A DNA stretch of 64,000 bases from Vitreimonas sp. (GTDB lineage: Bacteria; Patescibacteriota; Microgenomatia; UBA1400; PJMF01), in the NCBI GenBank assembly GCA_035627515.1, contig DASPLQ010000012.1, forward strand, positions 906,331-970,330, read 5' to 3'. Of the stretch, positions 9,861-18,789 are shown in pieces. Position 1 is the first letter of the stretch; every line of letters begins with the position of its first letter. The translations under genes and the position numbers were made by a program. Under the pieces are notes generated by a model, which did no database searches, was not told the DNA's origin, and saw nothing but the letters and a program-made list of their open reading frames with translations.

Positions 9861-10536
9861 TTTCCAGTGACTTCAACACGTCCATGCCAGCTGTAACCTT
9901 GCCAAAAATAGCATGTTTACCATCTAACCATGGTGTGGCGGCATAGGTGATGAAAAATTGACTACCACCAGTATTGGGGCCGGCGTTAGCCATAGAGACC
10001 ATACCTTCACTATCGTGAGCTAAACCTTCGCCAAACTCATCAGCAATAGTATAGCCAGGACCACCACTGCCCCACATACCTTGTTTAGTCGGATCTTTGG
10101 TTAAGGGATCACCAACTTGGGCCATAAAATCAGGAATGACGCGGTGGAAGACGATGCCATTATAAAAACCTTCTTTAACTAAATTAAGGAAGTTGGCGGT
10201 GGTTAAGGGGGCTTTATCTCGGTAGAGTTCAAACGTAATTGCGCCTTTATTGGTCATGATTGTAGCTTGTGTAGCATCAATTTTTTCAAAATCTTGTAGA
10301 GTTTTCATACCGCCTTTCTGTTGACGAGGATTAGCTGTAGCTTGTGGGTTAGTAGGTGGTGGTGATGTTAACGAAGTTTGTTGATTTTGACCAGAGGGTA
10401 AAGTTTGGGTTTTGATTTTTAGGTCATTGGATTGTTGTTGGCAGCCGGCTAAGATAAAGCCAGCTAATAAGAGGGAAAAAACAACTTTTCTTTTCATAGA
10501 CTGACAGTATAATCTACTTTGGTCACTTTTTACCAC
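9826..10536 (-). CDS. ppiB: Peptidyl-prolyl cis-trans isomerase, cyclophilin type, lipoprotein
   Basis: Lipobox LLAGFILAGC. Cyclophilin motifs FHRVIPDFMAQVGDP and GSQFFIT. Confidence 0.85.
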   Translation of the reverse strand: MVKSDQSRLYCQSMKRKVVFSLLLAGFILAGCQQQSNDLKIKTQTLPSGQNQQTSLTSPPPTNPQATANPRQQKGGMKTLQDFEKIDATQATIMTNKGAITFELYRDKAPLTTANFLNLVKEGFYNGIVFHRVIPDFMAQVGDPLTKDPTKQGMWGSGGPGYTIADEFGEGLAHDSEGMVSMANAGPNTGGSQFFITYAATPWLDGKHAIFGKVTAGMDVLKSLENGDTITEITYK

Positions 10537-10549
10537 CCGAGATTAAAAA

Positions 10550-11782
10550 ATGTGGATATCAAAATACTTTCATCACGAATTAACACATTTTAAAACCCTG
10601 AGCGAGACTGCTCAGCGTCACTTAATTTCCATTGCCGTTTATGAATTAACGTATCCGTTGTTGTTTATTTTTCTGAATGCTTTTATTTTGCGACAGACCA
10701 GTAGTTTTGCCGCGGTGGCTATTTATAACTTGGGGATGTTTTGTGCCTTGCCACTCACGTTTTACCTAAATGGTATGGCCTTGAAACGGACCAAAATTCA
10801 TTATCCGTATATCTTAGGTATTATTGGTCAAGGTTTAGCTGCGAGTTTAGTTTTCTTTTTCCCTTTGAGTTCGTTATGGTCATTGTTTGGGTTTGGTTTG
10901 TTGCAAGGTATCCCGATGGGCTTTTACTGGGCAAATCGCAACTTTGTTAACTTGGATGCCACCACAGATGATAATCGTAATTACTACAACGGCATCGAGA
11001 TGTTATTGACGACTATTGCTGGGATTATTACCCCGGCCGTGCTTGGTTGGATTATTCGGTTAGGGGATTTTGTGACGCTGTACACTGCAGAGCAAGCTTA
11101 CCAAGGGCTCAATATTGTGGCACTGGGATTATTGCTTTTCTCGGGTTGGTTACTGATGGCGGCGCGGATCGACAACCCACTCTTTAACAAATTACTACTT
11201 GGGCGGGCGACTCCGCTGTGGAATGTGGCTCGTCTCTTGGAAGTATTGAGAGGCGTGCAAAATGGCTTTGACTTATTTTTAGCGCCTTTAGTTAGCTTCA
11301 CTTTTTTTGGTAAAGAGGGTACTTTTGGGGCACTACAATCTACTTCGGCTGTGCTGGATGCCTTAGCGCTCTATGCTATTGCCCGTTATGCTAAGCCCAA
11401 GCATCGTTTGAAGGCACTGGGGTTGGGAGTCGCACTTTTAGTAGTGAGTACCTGTTTATTTAGTTTTCAATTTTCGTTTTTAGCCGCGCTGATTTTTTCA
11501 TTACTGATGCGGCCGATTTTTCATCTCAACTGGACTGTCAGTAACCCGATTACTATGCGTGTGATTGACGAAGAAGATGGAGGTGATCCCACTAATAATT
11601 ATGCCTATGTGGTAGATCGGGAGTTTTTCCTGAATATTGGGCGAGTTGCGGGCATTGGATTATTTTTTGCCTTTTTACAATACTCCACACAAGAGCAAGC
11701 TCTACGGTGGGTACCATTGGTGCCAGCTTTCCTGCAAGTTGGTTTGTGGTGGTGTGCTAAAAAATTAGCTGCCAAACACTAG
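10550..11782 (+). CDS. Polytopic membrane protein, possible transporter (MFS-like)
   Basis: 410 aa, about 10-12 TM helices. No decisive motif. Confidence 0.4.
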   Translation: MWISKYFHHELTHFKTLSETAQRHLISIAVYELTYPLLFIFLNAFILRQTSSFAAVAIYNLGMFCALPLTFYLNGMALKRTKIHYPYILGIIGQGLAASLVFFFPLSSLWSLFGFGLLQGIPMGFYWANRNFVNLDATTDDNRNYYNGIEMLLTTIAGIITPAVLGWIIRLGDFVTLYTAEQAYQGLNIVALGLLLFSGWLLMAARIDNPLFNKLLLGRATPLWNVARLLEVLRGVQNGFDLFLAPLVSFTFFGKEGTFGALQSTSAVLDALALYAIARYAKPKHRLKALGLGVALLVVSTCLFSFQFSFLAALIFSLLMRPIFHLNWTVSNPITMRVIDEEDGGDPTNNYAYVVDREFFLNIGRVAGIGLFFAFLQYSTQEQALRWVPLVPAFLQVGLWWCAKKLAAKH

Positions 11783-11783
11783 T

Positions 11784-12896
11784 TTAAATTTCGGTTTTAT
11801 TTTTCAAGATATTACTCTCGAAGGAGGTGATTAGCTTTTGTTTGCGAGCATGCTTTTCTAAAGCAATTGTCACCAATTCGTCAATTAACTGGGGATAAGG
11901 TAACCCCGTGGCTTCCCATAAATAAAAACTCATGCTGCCCGGAATTGTGTTGAGCTCTACCACGTAAATGGTTTCTTCTGATGGGTCCACAAAGAAATCA
12001 ATGCGTACCACACCTGTACAGTCAAAAATGCGGAAAAGATGCTTGGCGAGGTCCTGTAACTTAGTGGTCAACGTAGAACTAATCGGAGCAGGAATACGAC
12101 GGTTAGCGCTAGCCATACCACTTTTTTTACCACCTCCTCGCTCGTATTTATCGGCGTAACTCAAAAACTCATCAGCTTTGATGGGTTGTTCAGGCACTGA
12201 AGCGCGAGTGTTACCTTCAATTCCTAGCACTGAAACATTCACCTCGATGCAATCTTTAATTTCGGTTTCAACTAAGACGCGTTCATCATACTGACAGACT
12301 TGATTGATGACCTGAGTGAGTTGGTTTTCATCTTTGACCTTCTCAATACCGATCGTGGAGCCACCATTAGCTGGTTTAATAAAAACCGGCAGGCCCAGGC
12401 CTTTAATTTGTGTTAAAACTGCACCAGGATTAGTTAACCATTGCTGGTGAGTAAACCAGATAAAGTTGGCTTGGTTAATGCCCTCGGCTTTGAGAATTTG
12501 GCGGGTGATGATTTTATCGAAAGCAGCAGCAGAACTGGTGACTGGTGGTCCTTGATAGGGAATGCCGGCTAACTCAAGTAGACCTTGGACATTGCCAGCC
12601 TCACCATACGCTCCATGAAAACAAAGAATAGCCACGTCAATCGAAGTACTGTTTTTATTTGCATTCAAAGTGTAAGGTAACAGCCCGGTGGGCTTAAAGA
12701 GGTCTTGAGTACCATAACTGGCAATAGTTAGCAGTTGGTCGCCGGTCCACCATTGGCCGGCTTTATCCACATATAGTGGCAGGATATCATATTTTTCTCG
12801 GTCAGCATTTTTCATCAGCTGCACAGCCGTGATCACTGAGACTTCATGTTCCACGGTCTCACCACCAAATAACACAGCTAAGGTTCGTTTTGACAT
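11784..12896 (-). CDS. ddl: D-alanine--D-alanine ligase
   Basis: AVLFGGETVEHEVS, GIPYQGP, the ATP-grasp core, and ELNTIPG. Start placed at the internal MSKRTLAVLFGG (12896). The track ORF extends to 12938. Confidence 0.85.
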   Translation of the reverse strand: MSKRTLAVLFGGETVEHEVSVITAVQLMKNADREKYDILPLYVDKAGQWWTGDQLLTIASYGTQDLFKPTGLLPYTLNANKNSTSIDVAILCFHGAYGEAGNVQGLLELAGIPYQGPPVTSSAAAFDKIITRQILKAEGINQANFIWFTHQQWLTNPGAVLTQIKGLGLPVFIKPANGGSTIGIEKVKDENQLTQVINQVCQYDERVLVETEIKDCIEVNVSVLGIEGNTRASVPEQPIKADEFLSYADKYERGGGKKSGMASANRRIPAPISSTLTTKLQDLAKHLFRIFDCTGVVRIDFFVDPSEETIYVVELNTIPGSMSFYLWEATGLPYPQLIDELVTIALEKHARKQKLITSFESNILKNKTEI

Positions 12897-12986
12897 ATGA
12901 CAGAGATTATACACAGCCCCAGCAAGAATTTGAGCCATAAAAGCAATTTCATACGCACCTATGACACACAGTGATATAATAATAGT

Positions 12987-14294
12987 ATGTCTGGAAGAAG
13001 AAGGTTAGAGTCGATCGAGGATCATCGCACGCTGCAAAGCCACATCATAGGACAAAAGTATATAGGTGGAGCAAACGTTGAGTTTGGGCCGGCGGGCAAG
13101 TCTGAAGTAAACGAACCTGTGTCCTCAAACCGTTATAGCAAGCTTTTTAATGAAGATTTACGCCATCCTAATGAAGAAAATAGGCAAGGTCTGTCACCTG
13201 GCCAAGTGCGTGCCAAAGAGATTTTTGATGAGTATCTTCACTACAATCACCTTAATGAACGTGAGTATCTTTCTCCAAAACTTGGTGAGCAATTGACCAC
13301 TGCCACCCTACTTAATTTCATCTCTCTGCACAGAAGATCATTTGATGATCACGAACTCAAAGGATTTGTAAGTTATTGGCTTAATCACCATTTAGAACAA
13401 GGGCAGATTACCCATGTGATTGACTGCTGTTTTATACAAAACCACCTTGCTAATAGATTTGACTTAAATCTTCACTTAGACACTTCGGCGTTGATTGCTG
13501 CTTACTTGATGGCTTCTCACCCCCCACATGACATACTTACCAAGTTGCATTTAGTTATCACTCAGCTTAAGTTTAAGAGTAGTTCACGGGAAGAGATGTG
13601 GGCACATTTTTTGCCTGTTGGTTTCCCACTCAACGAACTAGTGATGGCTGAGTTTAAGCATAAAAATACTGCTCGAACGATTCTGTTTCTTAATCGCATT
13701 ACTCCAGAAATGCAAGAAGTCTTACAGCTCGATGTGCCCAAGTTAATAAAAATGTTAAAAACCCTCATAGCGCAACAGTATTTGTCAGGGGGGCCGATGG
13801 TGACTGAAGACGACGTCAAAAGTTTTTTTGATAGTTTGCCTAAAAGACTTACTGTTGTAGAAGATAAAGATATTCAGGCATCAAAAGAAGTAATTGATGC
13901 CAGAGGTTTTATGCCTGCACAACCACTGATTGCTTATGATGAGATGAGACAATTGACATTTTATTACATGTCTCAAGCCGCTGTTGGGCTGGAAAGTATT
14001 GCTGACATTAAAAACATGATAATGATGGAGGCAGGTTATTTTTTCACTACTGGCATGGCTCCTCTCACCGAATGGCAAAGAGTAGAAATCTGGCAAAATT
14101 ATTGGCAGGGAGTATTAGAACGATTTATAAATGGACGTTATGCTGAGGAGAATGTGATTAATATTGGGTATCAGTTGATTAAACAAGGGTTACTGTTAAA
14201 AGGTGAGGTAATTGTAGTAGCGCAACAAACATTGAGAGAGACACCAGCCATTATTACTGGATTAAATAAGCGCTGCCCTGATCCTGAGTACTAA
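12987..14294 (+). CDS. Hypothetical protein (435 aa, soluble, helical, no recognisable domain)
   Basis: Long ORF divergent from ddl and inserted between ddl and murF. No motif I recognise. Confidence 0.45.
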   Translation: MSGRRRLESIEDHRTLQSHIIGQKYIGGANVEFGPAGKSEVNEPVSSNRYSKLFNEDLRHPNEENRQGLSPGQVRAKEIFDEYLHYNHLNEREYLSPKLGEQLTTATLLNFISLHRRSFDDHELKGFVSYWLNHHLEQGQITHVIDCCFIQNHLANRFDLNLHLDTSALIAAYLMASHPPHDILTKLHLVITQLKFKSSSREEMWAHFLPVGFPLNELVMAEFKHKNTARTILFLNRITPEMQEVLQLDVPKLIKMLKTLIAQQYLSGGPMVTEDDVKSFFDSLPKRLTVVEDKDIQASKEVIDARGFMPAQPLIAYDEMRQLTFYYMSQAAVGLESIADIKNMIMMEAGYFFTTGMAPLTEWQRVEIWQNYWQGVLERFINGRYAEENVINIGYQLIKQGLLLKGEVIVVAQQTLRETPAIITGLNKRCPDPEY

Positions 14295-15610
14295 ACATAC
14301 ACTTCACGATACCCACCTTCAAACAACACCACACTGCCGGCGATGACAAATTCCTGAATGGCGGCAAAAGCTTCTTCCTGAGAATTGCCGACTTTGATGT
14401 GATCGGCCTTACCACCGGCGAGGGTAAAACCATCGATGATTTTTTGTGTCCAAGGAGCTTTGATTAAACCCACATAATCGACCTGTTTGGCCAAACTTTG
14501 GCCAAAAGCAAAGTGGATGGCATCACTGGCCTCACCGAGCTCAGTAAATCCTAAAGTGACTAACAGTCGCCTTGAGGGCTCGAGTTGGTTGAGGAGTTTT
14601 AATGATTCTTGCACCGAGTCAGGGTTGGTGTTGTAACTATTATCCAAGACTAAGACATTATTTTCAGCAAACGTCGGCTCATGCCTGCGAGTAATGTATG
14701 GTGTAGTGCGAAGGCGTTTAGAAATAGCGATAGTTTCTTGCTGCAACCGTGGTGCCAGCCAAAAGGCCGTCAAACAGTTCACGGCTTGATGCTCACCAAA
14801 TAAAGGTGTGAAACTTTGATATGTGTGATTAGTTTTTTTATCCAGGACTTCAAACTCAGTTCCAGCTCGGGTTACTTTAGCATTAAAGACACGCAACTCG
14901 GTGGCAGGCTGAGAACCATAATAACTCAGTGGCAAATCAGAAAAATACCGTTGATTCTGTTCTGCAACGATCAGTCGCGAAAAATCTTTTTTGAAGTAAC
15001 TCACAAAACTGTGAAAGGTTTCAATTAACTTTTCGAAACTACCGATGACTTCTAAATGCTGACGGCCAATCGGAGTCAAAATGCCAAAATGTGGTTTGAC
15101 GAACTGAGTTAAGTTGGGAATGTCTTCAGGATGGTACTCACCAAACTCAACAATAAAAACCTTATGATGGGCTTTTAAATCTTCACGGATGACTTGAGCA
15201 ATCCCGAGCATCGTATTGATGCTGTTAGGAGTTGTTAAAGCCTTGTTATCTTGAGAAAAAGCGTGAAAAAGAATGTTTTTAGTGGAGGTTTTAGCATAAC
15301 TTCCGGCGATGGCAACTACTTTCAGGCCGCGGAGTTTATACCACCATAACTTCCAACTGGCACGAGTGTAAATGCTCCAGCGGACCATGTTTTCCAGTGG
15401 GGTAATTATGCTCACCGCGAGACTAATACTAGTGACGGAGGGTAAAAAGAAAAGGCCAGAACTAATTAAGTTAATGAGCTTAAGTTTAGCTGTCCATTTT
15501 TCAATGGCAACTTCTTGGGTATCAGTGGCATGTTCCTGTGCCCACTTTTTCCAACGGGGTAGATCGTACTCACTTTGTTGTAGGATAGCTAATAAAGTAG
15601 TTTTATTCAT
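14291..15610 (-). CDS. murF: UDP-N-acetylmuramoyl-tripeptide--D-alanyl-D-alanine ligase (Mur ligase family)
   Basis: Mur ligase P-loop-like VVAIAGSYAKTSTKN and the DNSYNTNP motif characteristic of MurF. Adjacent to ddl. Confidence 0.7.
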   Translation of the reverse strand: MNKTTLLAILQQSEYDLPRWKKWAQEHATDTQEVAIEKWTAKLKLINLISSGLFFLPSVTSISLAVSIITPLENMVRWSIYTRASWKLWWYKLRGLKVVAIAGSYAKTSTKNILFHAFSQDNKALTTPNSINTMLGIAQVIREDLKAHHKVFIVEFGEYHPEDIPNLTQFVKPHFGILTPIGRQHLEVIGSFEKLIETFHSFVSYFKKDFSRLIVAEQNQRYFSDLPLSYYGSQPATELRVFNAKVTRAGTEFEVLDKKTNHTYQSFTPLFGEHQAVNCLTAFWLAPRLQQETIAISKRLRTTPYITRRHEPTFAENNVLVLDNSYNTNPDSVQESLKLLNQLEPSRRLLVTLGFTELGEASDAIHFAFGQSLAKQVDYVGLIKAPWTQKIIDGFTLAGGKADHIKVGNSQEEAFAAIQEFVIAGSVVLFEGGYREVYV

Positions 15611-16341
15611 AATTCAGGCCAATACTTTAAGCGTCGGACGCCATCACCATTTTCTAGCCGATAGGCATAGTAGCCATAGTTTCGGCCATCATGATATTTT
15701 TCTTGCCAGTGCTGTTTTTCTAAACCGGCACTCGGCTTCACAATCTTAATTGTAGCAAAATGCGGCCCATTCTTTTCAGTCAAAAGTCCGGAATGAGTAT
15801 ACGTAATCGTACTGGGCGTGACTGTGGTGACTAGAGCTACGTGTTTGCCGTGCCATTCTTCAGCTGTTAACCTCAGCAAGTCACCTACTTTAATATCTTT
15901 AGTTTGTTCGATGGGAAAGGTGTTCAGGGCATTGGTCAGAGTATGAGCACTGATTTTTCGTTCACGGCGAAACGATAAGATCATTTTTTCTAATTGCCCC
16001 TGCCAGCCGGGGTATCTCAAGAGGTGACGTTTGATGCTATAGCCATACTGTTCTTGCCAATACATATCCAGCAGCTGATAAATATAGCCTGAACAATCTA
16101 AACCAATCCGTGCTTGCTGCAGTTTTGTTTTGAGATCAGCACGTTTAATTGAAGTGAGCTCCTGCTGTGTTTGAGCCAGATAGGCTTTAATTTCGCGCTG
16201 CAGGGTGATCAAAGAGCCTTTTCCTTCCGAGCGCCAATAATAGGTTCGGTTACCATCCGATATAAAGTAAGGGAGCTCAACCTTGATTCCATCAAGATTA
16301 AAATTAACAAATAAGTTAGCCAAATCGTGAAAGCTCGGCAT
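15607..16341 (-). CDS. Putative NlpC/P60-superfamily (papain-like) hydrolase
   Basis: GLDCSGYIYQLL (Cys) followed about 70 aa later by KVGDLL...HGKHVALV (His). Pattern-based call. Confidence 0.35.
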   Translation of the reverse strand: MPSFHDLANLFVNFNLDGIKVELPYFISDGNRTYYWRSEGKGSLITLQREIKAYLAQTQQELTSIKRADLKTKLQQARIGLDCSGYIYQLLDMYWQEQYGYSIKRHLLRYPGWQGQLEKMILSFRRERKISAHTLTNALNTFPIEQTKDIKVGDLLRLTAEEWHGKHVALVTTVTPSTITYTHSGLLTEKNGPHFATIKIVKPSAGLEKQHWQEKYHDGRNYGYYAYRLENGDGVRRLKYWPEL

Positions 16342-17099
16342 TATTCGAGACCAAACTCAGTTAGCAAAGTAGTGATAAAACGTTGTGATTCATCGAGGAA
16401 GGGAAAATGTCCTGAGTGGTCAAAAGTAATTAACTTGGAGTGAGGAATCAGCTGTGCAAATTTATGAGCTTGGTGCCATGGCGTTTCAGGATCATTTTTA
16501 CCCCACAGCAAAAGAGTTTCAGCTTGAATTTTGACTAGGTCATTACTAATATTTTCGGAGACAATTTTTTGTAAAATGGCGCGTTGCTGAGGGTTAGAAT
16601 AAAAATGATCAGTAGCGGAGCCGGTGGCAGTTAAGAGTTTTAGTTTCCAGCGGCGAGGAATGAGCTCTTTGAAAGACTGGGGAATAAGGCCTAAAATATT
16701 TTTTTGCATTTGTCTTGATTTTGGTAAAGGATCCGGCAGCCCTGAAGATCCGATCAGGATTAATTTTTGTAGCTTTTCTGGGTGAGAAGCTGCATGTACG
16801 GCTGCCATCTTGCCTCCAAATGAGTGGCCCATCAGGTGATAATTTTGGTTCTGAGTGGTATGAGCAATAAACTCTTGCAGCCACAACACGTACTCACTTA
16901 CTTGCCAGGTTTCAGTAGGGCTACTGGATTGTCCAAAGGCAGGTAAGTCAGGGATAATTAACTTGAAGTGAGCTGAGAGGGGGGTGATTAGTGGATGCCA
17001 AATTTGCCAGTCACAGCCCCAACCGTGGAGTAATACTAAAGGCTGGCCGCTGCCAATCACTTGGTACTGTGTTTTGACGTGATTAAAAGTCGCAAACAT
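16341..17099 (-). CDS. Alpha/beta-fold hydrolase
   Basis: LVLLHGWG oxyanion region and the GHSFGG nucleophile elbow (GxSxG). Confidence 0.7.
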   Translation of the reverse strand: MFATFNHVKTQYQVIGSGQPLVLLHGWGCDWQIWHPLITPLSAHFKLIIPDLPAFGQSSSPTETWQVSEYVLWLQEFIAHTTQNQNYHLMGHSFGGKMAAVHAASHPEKLQKLILIGSSGLPDPLPKSRQMQKNILGLIPQSFKELIPRRWKLKLLTATGSATDHFYSNPQQRAILQKIVSENISNDLVKIQAETLLLWGKNDPETPWHQAHKFAQLIPHSKLITFDHSGHFPFLDESQRFITTLLTEFGLE

Positions 17100-17106
17100 G
17101 CACTTC

Positions 17107-18507
17107 CTAACGTTTAACTTCGTAGCTTTCTAAATGTTTAATGAACACCACGGGAGCATCTTCTAAGAAAAATTGTTGGAATTCTTGATAGATAGCTAAG
17201 CGCTCAGTCTGATCAAAGGTTTTGCGACCTTTTTCCAATAAACTATCAATTCTCGTATTACGATAATGGATAAAGTTGGAGCTTTGTTCAGAATGCCATA
17301 AGGTATATTGATCAGGATCTTGAGGAGATTCTTGACCGACTAATAGAATTTGAAAGTTACTCGTATCAGGATAGTTATTAATCCGCACCGTGACCGTAAT
17401 TTTCACATTTTCACAAATCGCTTTATCCTTAATGTCTTTATTATTTTGACATGAGGTGTACGCCTCTTGGCCAAGTTTTTCCCAATGTTGTTTGATTTCT
17501 TCAGCGTCTTTATGGAAGTTGGTGGTAGTTGTTAGCTCTAAATTTAACGGTTGCTGGGGTGGTTCGGAGAGGAGACGCTCGGTAGCACGTTCCAAATCAT
17601 AGTCATAGGTTTTGGCGCCTTGAAAGCTGGCCCATGATTGGGGACTAATGGGCCCAGCAGCTCTGATGTCATCGGCAGGTTTAGGGGTAGCATAAGAGAG
17701 GGCTTGGCGTACATTTTTCAGGAATGCCGGATGGTTGTTATTAAAGAATACACCTAAATATCGATTGTAGTTGATGTGTTTAGTGACTTGGACAGTTGGC
17801 CAACTTTCTAACCCATACGATGTTGCCAGATCAGAAATTTGATCTACTTCTCCTCGTTTGAAGCCCAGCACGGCTTCTTCTTCTGTCAGATAAAAGCGAT
17901 ATACTAGGCGCTCGGTATCATTTTCTACAATCACTTCTTTGAGTTGAGGTCCATCGAGTTTATAGTTGACTAAACGATAGGCTCCCAAGCCAATAATATT
18001 TTCCTGAGTGAAAAACCCCATTCTTTTGATAGTTTGGGTTTTTAAAAGTGGTTGACTCACTACGGTGGGAAAAGCTACATAGGTGTCAGGTAACTTAAAA
18101 ACAATGTCATTGGGAGTAGTAATGATTTTAACGTCTTTAAAATTATAGGTGACGTCGGCTGGGGTCAGAGGTTGGCCATCTTGCCAGGTGATGTTTTTTT
18201 TGAGAACGAAGCGAAAATCTTTGCCATCATTTTCTACGGTCCAACGCTCAGAGAGGTCTGGGGCAACTGATCCATCTTCAAGGACTTGAGTGAGACCGGC
18301 ACTAAGCTTTTGTTGAATTGGTAAAGGTAAAGAGGTCAAAGAATACTCGCCGACCACTCCGATATAGGTGCGTTTTTTACTACTTAACCGATTGATAACT
18401 AAGGGAAGAAGGAGTGAAAATAAAATCACTGCAATCACAATCGAGGCCAACATCACAAACCCGTGTTTGCGCAAGTAGGCACTTAAATACCAGTAATAAG
18501 TTCGCAT
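17107..18507 (-). CDS. Membrane-anchored solute-binding-protein family 5-like protein
   Basis: N-terminal TM. ITWQDGQPLTPADVTYNF resembles the family-5 SBP (OppA/DppA-like) conserved block. Confidence 0.35.
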   Translation of the reverse strand: MRTYYWYLSAYLRKHGFVMLASIVIAVILFSLLLPLVINRLSSKKRTYIGVVGEYSLTSLPLPIQQKLSAGLTQVLEDGSVAPDLSERWTVENDGKDFRFVLKKNITWQDGQPLTPADVTYNFKDVKIITTPNDIVFKLPDTYVAFPTVVSQPLLKTQTIKRMGFFTQENIIGLGAYRLVNYKLDGPQLKEVIVENDTERLVYRFYLTEEEAVLGFKRGEVDQISDLATSYGLESWPTVQVTKHINYNRYLGVFFNNNHPAFLKNVRQALSYATPKPADDIRAAGPISPQSWASFQGAKTYDYDLERATERLLSEPPQQPLNLELTTTTNFHKDAEEIKQHWEKLGQEAYTSCQNNKDIKDKAICENVKITVTVRINNYPDTSNFQILLVGQESPQDPDQYTLWHSEQSSNFIHYRNTRIDSLLEKGRKTFDQTERLAIYQEFQQFFLEDAPVVFIKHLESYEVKR

Positions 18508-18540
18508 GTTTGAGTGTACTGCTTGTACGTTTGTTTAACT

Positions 18541-18759
18541 TTAAATCAACACAACTGTTAACAGTGAAGTGATAATAAACAACCCGACCAAAACGAAGCT
18601 GGCATAGAAAATGACTTTTTCTATTCCTCGTCGTGTATGGTAGGTTTCGCCACCGCCGCCCCAGGTACTGCCCAGTCCTGAGCCTTGAGCCTGCAATAAA
18701 ATGGCGCCAGTAATTAAAATAGCGAGAATAATTTGGGCTCCAAACAAAAACGTATGCAT
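18541..18759 (-). CDS. secG: Preprotein translocase subunit SecG
   Basis: 72 aa, two TM helices flanking a Gly-rich loop (LLQAQGSGLGSTWGGGGE). Confidence 0.7.
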   Translation of the reverse strand: MHTFLFGAQIILAILITGAILLQAQGSGLGSTWGGGGETYHTRRGIEKVIFYASFVLVGLFIITSLLTVVLI

Positions 18760-18789
18760 ATTCTTCCTCTCAACTTCATTTTAGCATTG

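Noticed and set aside
16609-16884. 91-aa ORF within the alpha/beta hydrolase gene
   Set aside because: It is in an alternative frame on the same strand as the supported hydrolase. It has no independent signal.
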